Assembly (NCBI GenBank): GCA_021613535.1
Contig: CP075496.1
Span: forward strand, 4,092,001-4,156,000
Length of the DNA: 64,000 nt
Direction of reading: 5' to 3'
Origin: Adineta vaga
Lineage: Eukaryota; Animalia; Rotifera
Positions 1 through 11,632 of this stretch are shown one piece after another. Position 1 is the stretch's first letter; each line of letters opens with the position of its first letter. The translations under genes were made by a program, and so were the position numbers. The notes below the pieces were generated by a model, which was not told the origin of the DNA, did no database searches, and saw only the letters and a program-made list of their open reading frames with translations.

Positions 1-902
1 CAAGTTTTCTTGAAAAACGTGATGCAGAACATGCCATTGATCGTATGGATCGTGCCGATATTGACGGGCGAGAAATTCGTGTTCAATTAGCTCGTTATAA
101 TCGAGGTGCAAGTACAAGTGGTCGCAATAAACTTCGTTCTCGTCGGTAAGATTTTGCTAACAAAAATGATAAAATTCAGAAAGAAGGCACATTTCTCTAC
201 AAATTATTCCCATTCGATTAGAATAAACAAAAAAAGAAAACAAGCTTGTTTATCTCTATTCATACGGTTGGTTTCCTGAACAAAGATCCTGCATTCAAGC
301 TATTGAGAATATAATAAAAAAAAACCTGTTGGGTTATCCCGGTGTTTTTTTATGCGGCATTTTCGATCTGACTGATGCAAACTAAACAGAGCGAGATTGC
401 AGTTATATTCCTGTTGTTTTAACAGATCAGATGTAAGATATACATGTTTCGTCAATGACATAGTTTTCTTTCTAAGCTATCAGTTTGCATATTATTTATA
501 CAAAAACAAACGGAATTTGTTTTCTGCTTATTTTCTTAATAGAAATTTTTATGAATACTTTCTTTGTAAATCTTAGATCACGTTCTGGATCGAAATCTCG
601 ACGACGTTCAAGAGATCGATCACGAAGTACTAGTGCTGACCATAATCGTAATGATCATCGACAGTAAGTTTGAAATATTGATACATCATGTTTGCTATAC
701 ACTTTCCCGGAATTTAGTTCACGTTCTCGGCCAACACGTCGATCACGATCAAGATCGCGGTAAGTGTTCTAGAAAATATTAAGAAACAAAACTAACCTAT
801 GAGATATCATTCGACTTAATTGTATCTTTTATATATTTTAGTTCTCAACGAAAGAATCATTCTGAATCTGATCAAGATGATAATCAACATGACAATAAAT
901 AG
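1..902 (+). CDS. SRSF2: SR splicing factor, SRSF2/SC35-like (3' part; 5' end lies outside the window)
   Basis: Exons <1-145, 577-663, 718-759, 842-902. They encode the RRM end [31 protein letters not shown] (compare SC35 [31 protein letters not shown]) followed by an RS-rich tail. Introns are GT-AG. Confidence 0.8.
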
Positions 903-1068
903 AACTCTTATTTCAAATTAATAAACAAAACCTTTGTTCTTTTTTTTTCTATAGTTACTCAACTATATACATAAATACACTAATCATTTTGGCTGATTCA
1001 TAAATAAATATAATTCCGATTTCAGATAGAAATAGTTCAAAGTTTTTTTTTCTCTCTTCTCCAAATCA

Positions 1069-1676
1069 ATGACAACAACAATAACAGCTGATCAGGTATG
1101 ATTAACATTTCTTTATGAATGTGTGTATTGTTCAATTTTGAATATTTAGCAAAAAAAATGTCGAGAAGATGCTGAAGCAGTTGAAAGTTTTTCCAAAAGA
1201 TATTATGAAATATTTGATACTCGACGACATGTAAGGAATACCTTTCTATGAAGGAAAGAAAAAGAAAGATAATTATTCTTTCACCTTTCTTTTTAGGATA
1301 TCTCAAAATTTTATCAAGCACAAGCCAAACTAATTTGGAACGGAACAGAACATGATGGACGAGATGCGATTGCAAAACATCTCGTAGCATTACCTTCTAC
1401 ACGACATCATATTTATGCTTTAGATTTCTTTCCAATGAAAGGTAAATGAATAATTTGCGAATGAATAAACTTAGCTTTTCTTATTATTTAGATTTATTTC
1501 CTGATGAAGCAACAACTTATCAGGTATTTGTGAGTGGTGCAGTTGTATATGGCACATCAGATAATCCATCAGGTCCAAAAGAAAAACGTCTATTTTCACA
1601 TATATTTGTTCTAACAGTTGATGTTGCATCATCCGTATGGGTGATTGCGAATGAATGTTTTCGTTTTCATGAATAA
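1069..1676 (+). CDS. NXT1: NTF2-related export protein NXT1/p15
   Basis: Four exons give MTTTITADQ/QKKCREDAEAVESFSKRYYEIFDTRRH/DISKFYQAQAKLIWNGT...LPSTRH.../...VFVSGAVVY...FSHIFVLT...WVIANECFRFHE. This is an NTF2 fold with the NXT-type C-terminal CFRF. Confidence 0.85.
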
Positions 1677-1780
1677 ACTGAAAAGAGATTTGTTATATCT
1701 ATTGTTGCTCGCTGTTTTTTTTATTAAACAAAAATAAAAATAATTATACAAAAAAAAAACAGATAGGGAAATTAGTCATC

Positions 1781-3393
1781 CTATATAGAAAGTAATTCAT
1801 TTATATCACTTTTTATTTCGTCAGGATCTTTGAATACTGTCCAACGTTCTTTTGGTACATCTTCAAATGCTTTCTTATATCGTTCTTCGCATGTTGGCAA
1901 ACATGTAGGTGTATGACAAACATCACGAATAAATATATGAACAATTGCTTTGGGATATTTTGTATATAATTTGGAATAAATTTCTGGATCAAGCTCACCT
2001 AAAATCCGAAATTTTTTTACTCCAATGAAATTATTTCACACGAAAAAACAAACCTGAATCACCCACACAAATATATTTTCTTAATGGGTATGAATCGAGA
2101 ATTTTTGAGATTGTTTCTATTTTATACGTATCAGTTGGATTAAAAAATTCCAAGCTCCATGAAAATTTTCTTAAATTCACTGTGCCCATTGGAAATTTAT
2201 ATTTTTCAAAAAAACAACGAAGTGCAGGATATCTGAAACAATTTTCTTCCAACATCTCTACTCTAGTTTCTCAATAATGTTTACTTACAATTGCCATGGA
2301 CTCGCGCTAACATAGTGAAATTGACATTTCTGTTCGTACCATTTCTGATAAAGTTCACTCATACCTTTAACTGGTTTGAAATAGCTATAAAATGTATGTT
2401 TTAATAGTAATCGTTTACTAAGTACATTCGATATTTTCACAGTATCATCAATATCTGATATAATACTAGTACCATGTTGATGAAGAACATAAACTGTACA
2501 ATTAAATGTTTTACAATCCTCTGAATCATTCCGTTCAACTTGTTCATCTTTGTTTTCGGCTAATTCTTTAGCAGGATTAATTTGAATTTGATATTCAAAT
2601 TTTCTATCTTCACAATCAGAATGTGTTTCTGAACAGAGTAATTTGATTTCTTTATCAGCAAATTCAAGGCGTTCTTCGATAAAACCACTTTCATCTGATG
2701 GTTTAAGAAGATGTTCAACACCATTAATAATCGATTTTGTTGCAATTTTAACTGGATTTCCAGCAAAAAATAAACCTAAACGACCGGGATTTTCCTCTGG
2801 TATACCAAGTTCATCGCCTAGAAGAAAACAAATGATACGATATTTATAGATTAATATGAAATGTTTGTTATGAGCAATTACGAACGTAAAGCATCTTCAT
2901 ACATATCATCATCATCGGAACCACTTTCACCATCATCTTTTTTTGCTTGATGATTTTCTTCATGAACAGTAGCTGCTGTTTGTTTTTTGTCTTTATCCAC
3001 TGTTGTGTTTGCTGATTCTGGTGCTTTGTTCATTGCATGTTCCTTTTCATTAAAGACACTTTTTTTCTTTTTATCGTCTTTAGGAATTGAATCAGTGGAT
3101 TCTTTGACTTCTTTCTCATTTGTTTTCTTTTGTTCATCTTCTTGTTTATCACCTCCACCTAAGAAACTTGGCAACGATGGTAGATAACTTGATAATGATT
3201 TTGGTTGAAATGGTAAATAAACCCATGCTTTAATATGCACTAACCAAGCATGTTTATGTGCATCAAATATTGCTAATGTTGGAAATGGTACAATGAGTTC
3301 TTCATCAGCATAAACATGATCAGACGACCATTGTGCTATATAATCTTTAGCAGATGCAAGTGCAGTAACATATTTTCGTATGTAGGATGTCAT
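1781..3393 (-). CDS. APP1-type phosphatidate phosphatase (DUF2183 / APP1 catalytic domain)
   Basis: Spliced product contains IISDIDDTVKIS (HAD DxDxT), FHYVSASPWQLYPALR, YKIETISKILDSYP and CVGDSGELDPEIY...IFIRDV. Start MTSYIRK at 3393, stop TAG at 1783-1781. Confidence 0.85.
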
Positions 3394-5647
3394 CGAGTAT
3401 AAAGCGACATAGAAAAATACGTTTATATTATAATTTGTTAGCAGTACGATGAAGTAGGAAAGAAAAAAAAACGACACCCTCGATTGTGCGTAATATTTTT
3501 TTCTTTCTTTCTCTACACATTCATTCCTTGCGCATGCAGCCAACGGCGAATATCAGTATTTTGTAGTTAGAACAAAAAGAGCAGAGGGAGAGAGTAGACT
3601 ACTTGTTTTATATTTATGTCAATGATTAGCTACAACAAAAAACAAAAGCGATCAAATAAAATGTCAGAAAATCAATTTAAAATAGAATACAAATTGATTG
3701 ATATATGAATGAGATAGATAGATATGAGAACTCAACCATGTTTTATAATTAGATTATGCTAAATGAAAATCAAGTTTCATCATAATATTGTTCTGATCAG
3801 AAATCTGAATTTCTCCACAACCAAGTCTTCCTATTTAGTTTGTGATTTTTTTCTAGAAAAATGCCAAGCACTCGCCTGTATCGTCGATGATTTCATAGCT
3901 TAAGATCTAGTATTTCAATCGTTACTATTAAATTTTAACATTTTATGAAAAACTATCATTATCGTTACTTGTGCGAATGATTTTGTAATCAATTTTGTAT
4001 CTCTTGTGATATATATGAGAAGCACGGTATTTGAAACACATTTAGTTTACATTCACTGCGAAAGGACTCAATCCTGTAACATTTCATTTAAAAGTAAAAT
4101 TCTTGATCATGTTTCTCTGAATATGTTCGTTTACGACTATGTTGTTTTTTACCTGAGTATGATGTTGATTAATCTACTTTTCAATAACTAATAATCAAAC
4201 TATATCATCGATTATTTACAATGACTGATTTAACTCTATGATTATCGTCGATAATTATTGTAATATGTGAATAATTTAGTTTCAATGAATTATCTAGATA
4301 CGAAAAGCGTAAAACAAGATTTAAACAATTCTGTTTTCAAAGGTTTTTCTAATCAATCACAATGTATATTATTACATTTTGTCAAAATACCGAAGCTGAA
4401 TAGATATTCCTTCAATGGATCAGTAAATGATGTGACGAACAAGATTCGAATAAATCTATATTTGAAACAATTCGTGATTTTATTCATTCTTTAAAAAATA
4501 ATATCATTCTCATGGAAGAACATGTAAATAAGGTTGGCAAACGGGAACAACGATTCAAACTGAAAGAGGTGCACTGTACACTACAACAACATCTGTTGTA
4601 ACAATTATTCGAGAACTTTCCTTTTAGGTGAGCACAAGAGTTACCTCATTTTTATATATCAAGTAATATCAAATTGCTTTTCTTCAGCACTGACAATGGT
4701 TTCGTTTCACTTTTTATTTGAAATTTCTGCTTTTGCAATAACAGGCTGAAAGTAAAAATGACAGTGTTGTCACATGTCATAATCAGAAGTTCAGAAAGAT
4801 TTTTGCCAGTTGATTTTTATCGGTTAAAATGATTCTTCTTGCTCTCAATTGAATCATTTATTCATTCAAACTAACATGTCAATGCTTTTCTTTTTCCTCC
4901 TTTTGCCGAAGCTTTCACCAGTTTCTATTCCTACGTACGATCTGAATAAATGATCACGAATTATATCAAAAAGATATCTTTTATCATAATTTGTTTAAAT
5001 AAGTTTTATGAATCCAGTACTATATCAACTCTTACAAATGATATTCTACTTTGTTATTCCATATCCATAGAGTCTAGATCTCAGTATGTTCTCACATAAT
5101 CCTAACTTATGATTTGTTTTTTATGTAGAACTAGATGAATGCTCACATATTAACGTGTAAAAGGCTGACCTTGTTATTATGAAAATATACGTAAGCAATT
5201 TTAATATAATACTTCGAGTTATTTACATGTGTGCATTTTCAACGCAAAACTCCAATATCATGATAGATCATTGAGATATTAAAAGATTATATATTTCTTT
5301 GTTTTTGGTAATGATTCATTCCGAGGCAAATATATATTTCACAATCAATGCTAAATAGCATCATTGTATTCGGATGAATCATATATCTCAAGGAGTAAAA
5401 AATATCTTTATCTTCATTATAGCAATACCTAGCTCGAGAAATATCCTACCAATCAACGTTGTTTGTTGATTTCATTCGTTTAAAGAAAATGATTCATTTA
5501 TTTTCTTATCACTGAATACTTTTTTCTTTTTAACTAAGTACATGAACATAATACGATATCATTGCTATATACATGTTTGCTTTCCTTTCTGCACATGAGT
5601 CAAACACATACATTCACAAAAGAATAAATATTGACAAGAAGAGAAAA

Positions 5648-5683
5648 TATAAAAACAAGACCATTAAACATTTTTCTTCATTT
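5648..5683 (+). promoter_or_regulatory. Serpin core promoter: TATA box plus initiator
   Basis: TATAAAAA at 5648-5655 and TCATTT (TCAKTY initiator) at 5678-5683. The A(+1) is 32 nt after the TATA start and 33 nt before the ATG. Confidence 0.5.
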
Positions 5684-5712
5684 CTCCTTCTTCTACTCTT
5701 CTGACGCGATAC

Positions 5713-7917
5713 ATGGCTTCATCATCATCATCATCCACCGCAGTTGGTTTCGAATACTTTGGACAAAAACTTTATTCGATTGTTAGTAACAATCAAAATA
5801 ATCAAAATGTATTTCTATCACCAGCAAGTATTGCTCTTGCTATGTCTATGTGTACGGTTGGTGCTCGAAAAGAAACATTGAATCAAATGTTACACGCACT
5901 CGAAGTATCAACAACAGCTGAATTAACTAAAACAGCTGAACAAGTAATGCGTGTTTTTACAATAGCTGATCAAGATAAACAAGTACAATTGAAATTAGCT
6001 AATCGTCTCTATGCACAAAAAGCATATAAACTTCAAGAAGATTATTTACAACTTGTTCAAAATTCATTTTCAGCTGATATTAAATTAGCTGATTTTGCTA
6101 ATGAAAGTGCTCAAGTTGTTCAAACGATCAATGTATGGGTAGAAGAACAAACAAATAAATTAATTAAAAATTTACTTTCGCCAAATGATGTTAACAGAGA
6201 CACACGATTGATTATAATTAATTGTATCTATTTCAAAGTAAATTTTTGACTTCGCTTTTTATTCGATTAAAATTCTTGTATATTGAAACTGTGTAGGGTA
6301 CATGGATCAAACAATTCGATGAAAATTCTACAGATGAACAAGCTGATTTCCATGAAGCTAATGGAAAAGTTTCTAAAGTTAAATTAATGTATAAGAAAGA
6401 GAAATATGCTTATGTGGAAAATAGCAAGTTACATGTTCAAGTTGCACATCTTCCATATAAAAGTGATAGTCCAGATGTTCAATTTGTATTTACAGTTATT
6501 TTACCAAATCAAGATGTTTCTTTATCTGATGTGGAAAAACAATTAACATCAAAACCAGAACTATTACAATCATTATTGGATCATCGAGAAGCAACAACAC
6601 AAGAACTTTTATTATATCTTCCGAAATTTAAAATGGAAGCTTCATTTACATTAAATGATGTACTTCAACAACTTGGTATGCGAAATGCGTTTGATCCTAG
6701 TAGCGCTGATTTTACTGGTATTGTTAGTAAAGAAGATGATGCTGCTGGCCTTTATATTAGCAAAGTAGATTATTTATTGATAATGAAAAAGGTTATTGAA
6801 TATAAAATTTCAGGTCATTCATAAAGCATTCATCGATGTTAACGAACAAGGTAAGCATATTGAATCAATATGATAGAGAAAAGTTAGGATTTGTTCATAT
6901 TTACAACTGAATTGTAAAGGTTCTGAAGCTGCAGCAACAGCACTAGTAAAAAAGGCATGACGTGCGTGTAAATCGACGGCAAAAAATGATCCTATTGAAT
7001 TCAAAGCAAATCGACCATTTTTGTTTTGTATTCAAGAAAAACAACAAAATATCTTGATATTCATTGGCAAATTTTGCTAAATGACAAAGAATAGATAATA
7101 AATGTTGAGTTTTTAAATCTTTCTTTATTTTCCAAGGAACTCGAGCAGCAGCTGCTACTGTTGTAAGCTGTAAAAGAAAACGTCGCACGTTATCAAAGAC
7201 CGGACCAATTGAATTTAAGATCGATCGTCCGTTTCTATTTCTGATTCGAGAATATCATCAGAATATCATTTTATTTTCCGGAAGATTTCTAACTCCTACA
7301 AATGCTTAATATTCTTTTCATAATTGAAAAATGATGATAATAAAATTTCTTTCGATCATTAATCACTTATAATTTCTTTGCATCTAGTATGAATACGATA
7401 TTGAAAACATCCCTATAAATTGCTTTTCAATTTCTACTTCGAACAGGTTCAGAAGCTGCTGCTGCTACAGCTGTTATTATGATGAGAAAAAGCTGTATAG
7501 TCCGTCGAAATCCTGACCCAATCATTTTCAAAGCCGACCGACCATTTTTATTCTATATACGCGAGACTCGACAAAATCTCACTCTATTTAATGGCAAATT
7601 TTTAACATGTCCAAAATAAACATTTTCGTACGAACATTTTTCAATCTCTACACTAACCATTATCAAATAAAAATATAGAATTTTTCATCAAGATTCGAGA
7701 ATCAATTATTTTCATTTTTTTTCCATTTTCTCGTTTAGGATCAGAAGCAGCAGCAGCTACTGCAGTGATTATGACACGTTGTTGTGCATCATTTTCGCCT
7801 AAACCACCTCCTATTGAATTTAAAGCTGATCGACCATTTTTATTCTTCATTCGTGAAAATAAACGAAATATCAATTTATTCACTGGAAAATTTGCTTCTC
7901 CACCAGCAACAGCATAA
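5713..7917 (+). CDS. Intracellular serpin with four alternative reactive-centre-loop (RCL) terminal exons
   Basis: Shared exons 5713-6237, 6297-6764 and 6814-6850 give [34 protein letters not shown] and [14 protein letters not shown] phase-1 donor at 6851 is followed by four phase-1 acceptors, each opening a G(S/T)(E/R)AAA hinge exon. No signal peptide. Confidence 0.95.
6920..7080 (+). pseudogene. Serpin RCL cassette exon A (in-frame TGA at P2)
   Basis: [55 protein letters not shown] at 6958-6960; AATAAA at 7097. Confidence 0.7.
7137..7309 (+). CDS. Serpin RCL cassette exon B (polybasic KRKRR loop)
   Basis: [57 protein letters not shown]. Pyrimidine tract and AG at 7135-7136; AATAAA at 7339. 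Confidence 0.9.
7447..7619 (+). CDS. Serpin RCL cassette exon C (predicted P2-P1-P1' = R-K-S)
   Basis: [59 protein letters not shown] at 7445-7446; AATAAA overlaps the stop (7615-7620). Confidence 0.9.
7739..7917 (+). CDS. Serpin RCL cassette exon D (predicted P2-P1-P1' = R-C-C)
   Basis: [61 protein letters not shown] at 7737-7738; AATAAA at 7916. Confidence 0.9.
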
Positions 7918-8094
7918 TAAAACATATTTCGAACTTTTGACTGCTATTCCTCCTAAGATATAACTTTTAGAAATAAATACTAGAATACATACATTCTTCA
8001 CATTCAGATTTCAATATCAAAAGTCACTATCAACAATTCGCTAAGCTCTTAACCGAATTACATAAGACAGATTTGATTAAGAATGGCATCAAAC

Positions 8095-8418
8095 TTATTC
8101 GAGAATAATATTTGTATTTCGATCAGCAAGATGATTTGTATGATTCAAAATAATATTTAAAATTACAACAAGAACAATGACAACAAGAAGAAGAATTCCA
8201 ATAGCAATATACTTCAATTTATTCAATGTTTCATTTCGTTGCATATCTTTTCGATAATCCATCACACCAATTCCGAAAGCTTGATTCTTATGTAATAATA
8301 AATCACTTCGATCTAAAAGAATATTTAATTGTTCATTTCGTTCGAGACTCGAATTAATTGCTGTTTGAAGTTGTTGTTCAGTTTGATTAGCTAATTCATG
8401 TAATTTCTTCAATTCCAT
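8095..8418 (-). CDS. Small R-SNARE (synaptobrevin/VAMP-like)
   Basis: Coiled coil SLERNEQLNILLDRSDLL with a zero-layer Arg, followed by a C-terminal transmembrane helix. The true start may be MDDKPIAL near 8486 if there is a 1-nt deletion near 8433. Confidence 0.7.
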   Translation of the reverse strand: MELKKLHELANQTEQQLQTAINSSLERNEQLNILLDRSDLLLHKNQAFGIGVMDYRKDMQRNETLNKLKYIAIGILLLVVIVLVVILNIILNHTNHLADRNTNIILE

Positions 8419-9396
8419 ATCACTTAATTCGCTTTTGAAGATACAAGTGATGAATTCATATTTAACGCAATCGGTTTATCATCCATTATTAACATATTCA
8501 ATAAGGTAAAAAGACTTAACAATTCCGAAAGTTGTCTTTCAATAAACAAATATGTTCGAAATGTAATTCTATGAAAAAAACAATCCATTCGTAGTTCAAA
8601 AAAAAACAAAATTAACAAAATAAATGAGCGCTATTTCAACAATAAAAGAATTCGGTATATGCAATTAACAATGTCGGAGAGTTTGTACATGAGAATCTGA
8701 TTAGTTTCTTTCTATATGGTTATTATTATGCATGACAAATTAATATGAACGATAACTAAACGATATTTTAATCGAAAATAGTTTGTTATATTCCACTTTG
8801 TTATTGAATATTTCTATTCAATTATATTTAAAGATTGACTTTAATATATAATATAATAAAACGCGACATGTTTCGTATGAAATTTCTCTTGAGACTTTTT
8901 TGTTCTCACAACATAAAGCCCGATTTGTTTTTATTCACATTATCAACTGACATTAGACGAAAGAGAATAAGAATTCAGCATAAACTAAAGAAAAAAAGAA
9001 CGAGAAAAAAATATGGGCAAGACAACGGTTCTGTTTATCGAGGTGCGTATCTGATGTAGTAAACAGAAGATGAAAGAAAGAAAACAAAATTTTACAATCA
9101 TTCACTTGTTTTTTTTCTCCCTTCTAAGTGTGTTTATTAATTACGTGCGTGTGTATTAACCAAAATGATAACAACATCAAGAAAAAGACGAGTAATGTAA
9201 AAAGTAATACATATAATTATAAACACCACATCGACGATGCACATGTGTTAGAGAAAGATACGTTTTAGTCAAAACAAAAAAGAACAACGACAATATCGAC
9301 AGAACAAAACATTGGGTGAAGAACAATATTATCAGAAGAAAAAGAGAATAACTTTTTAGAGGTCGCAGTGATTAAAGTCTTTATTGGACTAATTCG

Positions 9397-10276
9397 ATGT
9401 CAGCTTTAGTACATCAAACGGTAGATGTTCTCAGCTCTTATGAAGGCCGCGATGCTGCTATAACATTTACACTGTATTTTTGTTGTTTATTAAGTGGATT
9501 TCATCCACGAAAATCTACTTGGCATCGATCTTTACAACGAATATACAAACGTCTAGAAGATTGTCGTGTTGTCTTACGTCTTTACGATGATTTAGGAATA
9601 CTGCGAGATTTTTTTACTTATGAATTAAGACCTGGAGTATGAATTCAATTCATATTGTTTATCTTGATCTCAAAATGTTTTATTTCTAGGAGCGAAATCA
9701 AATTGTTCGAATTCTAAAATGTCTCCATTATATTTCATGGCTTTGCTATTATCCAGCTGAGCATATAAGTTGGCTTGGAGAAATGAAAATGTTGAATATC
9801 GATGGTAAATTATGGGAATTTTATACGAATTTTTTCTGGTCAACGGCACTATTAACATCTGCTCTTTGGTAAGAAAGAAATTTTATTTTCTTCTTTATTA
9901 ATTGTTTTATATGATTAAATTTCGATTTCTCATAGGAATGCTTATGTCGTTTTACAATATAGAAGTCAAAAGAATTATACAAAGGAAAAAGAAGAAGAAG
10001 AGTAAGTTTAAATTATTGATTTTTCTATAAAATATACTTGTTTTTGCTTACAAATAATAATTCAATAGAAAGAAATCATTTATTCCATGGACTGCTGCTC
10101 GAAATGCAATGTTAGCAACTGTTCGAGATGGTACTGAATTTATAGTTGCTGTTAATTGTTTACCACGAGGTTTTCTTTGGTCATCAACATTAACATTTAT
10201 TCGAGTAGGCATGTTTGGTACTTGTTCTGCTTTCTTACGTCTATATGCACTTTTCAAATTTGAAGATAATCATTAA
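9397..10276 (+). CDS. PEX11G: Peroxisomal membrane protein PEX11 gamma-like
   Basis: Four exons give LSSYEGRD, CRVVLRLYDDL, YYPAEHISW and AVNCLPRGFLWS...VGMFGTCSA, which are PEX11G motifs. Confidence 0.8.
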
Positions 10277-11632
10277 GATTTGTTCTATTTTTTGTTTTGA
10301 TGTGATGAGTTCATAGAAAACAATTCTCTTTCAAGAAAAACAGTTTGAGGATTCTATTGTAACAAGCACTTTTTTTTCTACTTTACGTTTTTTTCTATCA
10401 CTACATAAATAGATAATGTGTAGTTTTATTTTCTTAAATAAAGACTGAAGGAAAATGTATGAAATAAGATTATGAATAAAAAAAATTAATAAAAGATAGA
10501 TAAGAATACAAGTATTTTTCAGTTTGTATGGCTAATCTTGGAATGTTGACAATATTTGTAAATAAGTCTACTTATCAATAACTTGTATTTATTCTAAATA
10601 TTTGTGTAACAATCAATCTTATTATTTTAATAACTTTGGTGAAAATATACTGACACATATATATTCTTCAATCTAGTAGTCTTCGATTTCAAAATTCTGA
10701 ACATTCATCTTATATCAATAGTATATTTATTTTAATGCACACGCTCAAGATGTTCATCAGGTCATTGATTACTAAAGTTGTGTTAATAATACACAATTCA
10801 TGTGACTACGGAAGATGAGGAACTCATCCATCAACTTAATATTATCTGATTTATAAGACGTATTTCAACAATAGAAGAATAATCTGCCATAATCATGTTA
10901 AAAAAAGAGGAAAATTCAATAGCATTTATATTCTATACATCAAAGGAAATCTTGTCATAGAAAACGACATCTCAAGATGCGATATTCGTCTTTCGTATCC
11001 AGTTGAACTGTTTCGACGTTCGAACTATGATCGCAAAATTTCATATGATCATATCGTTTTTTTTTCTTCATTTCTATGTAATTTTTGTTATTAAATAATT
11101 CCTGAGAAATTTCTTCATAAAACTAAATTTTTATGCCTTGAATAATCAATCAATCATTCGATCACGGCATAGCCATTCCCATGGTTAAACATCGTATGTA
11201 CTACTGTTTCCTCACTCTATCTCATCTCGTCTTTTTCCTGCTACTGTCATTATTAAATCTCATGATAATAGAATCACTCAGTCAACGAATCTCTTCGAAA
11301 GGAAAAGAGAAAGGGGGGAGAAAAAATGTTCTTCACTCTCACACATCCAATGACACAAACATTATCTACTCTCATCGTTTCTTTTCTATTTCTCTTTAGT
11401 TACTAACATATTCAATAGTAGTTTTCTAGAGAGAGAGATTTTTGTCTTCTTACAAGTTAGAAAAAGAAAAGATTTTCTCCATTGACAAGATAAAGAACGA
11501 CAATGATTCTACTTGACATTTTCGATGACTTAATCGAACGATGCATATGGATGCTTGTTGCTCTTTTTCTTTTAGCACGCTTCACATCATTGCTTATTTC
11601 TAATTGTAATCATTTGTTATTTTAGTCACAAC

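Noticed and set aside
7081-7130. SECIS element that would recode the exon A TGA as selenocysteine
   Set aside because: ATGA-N12-AA and a 10-bp stem (7086-7096 with 7117-7126) are present, but the required 3' GA of the kink-turn core is absent. The stem is weak and AT-rich, although it would mask the exon B pyrimidine tract.
6920-7917. Four separate tandem serpin genes
   Set aside because: The spacers are only 56-137 nt and contain no serpin body sequence; only the terminal exon is repeated.
6819-7925. Minus-strand ORFs 6819-7004, 6943-7188 and 7653-7925
   Set aside because: They are antisense shadows of the serpin cassette exons.
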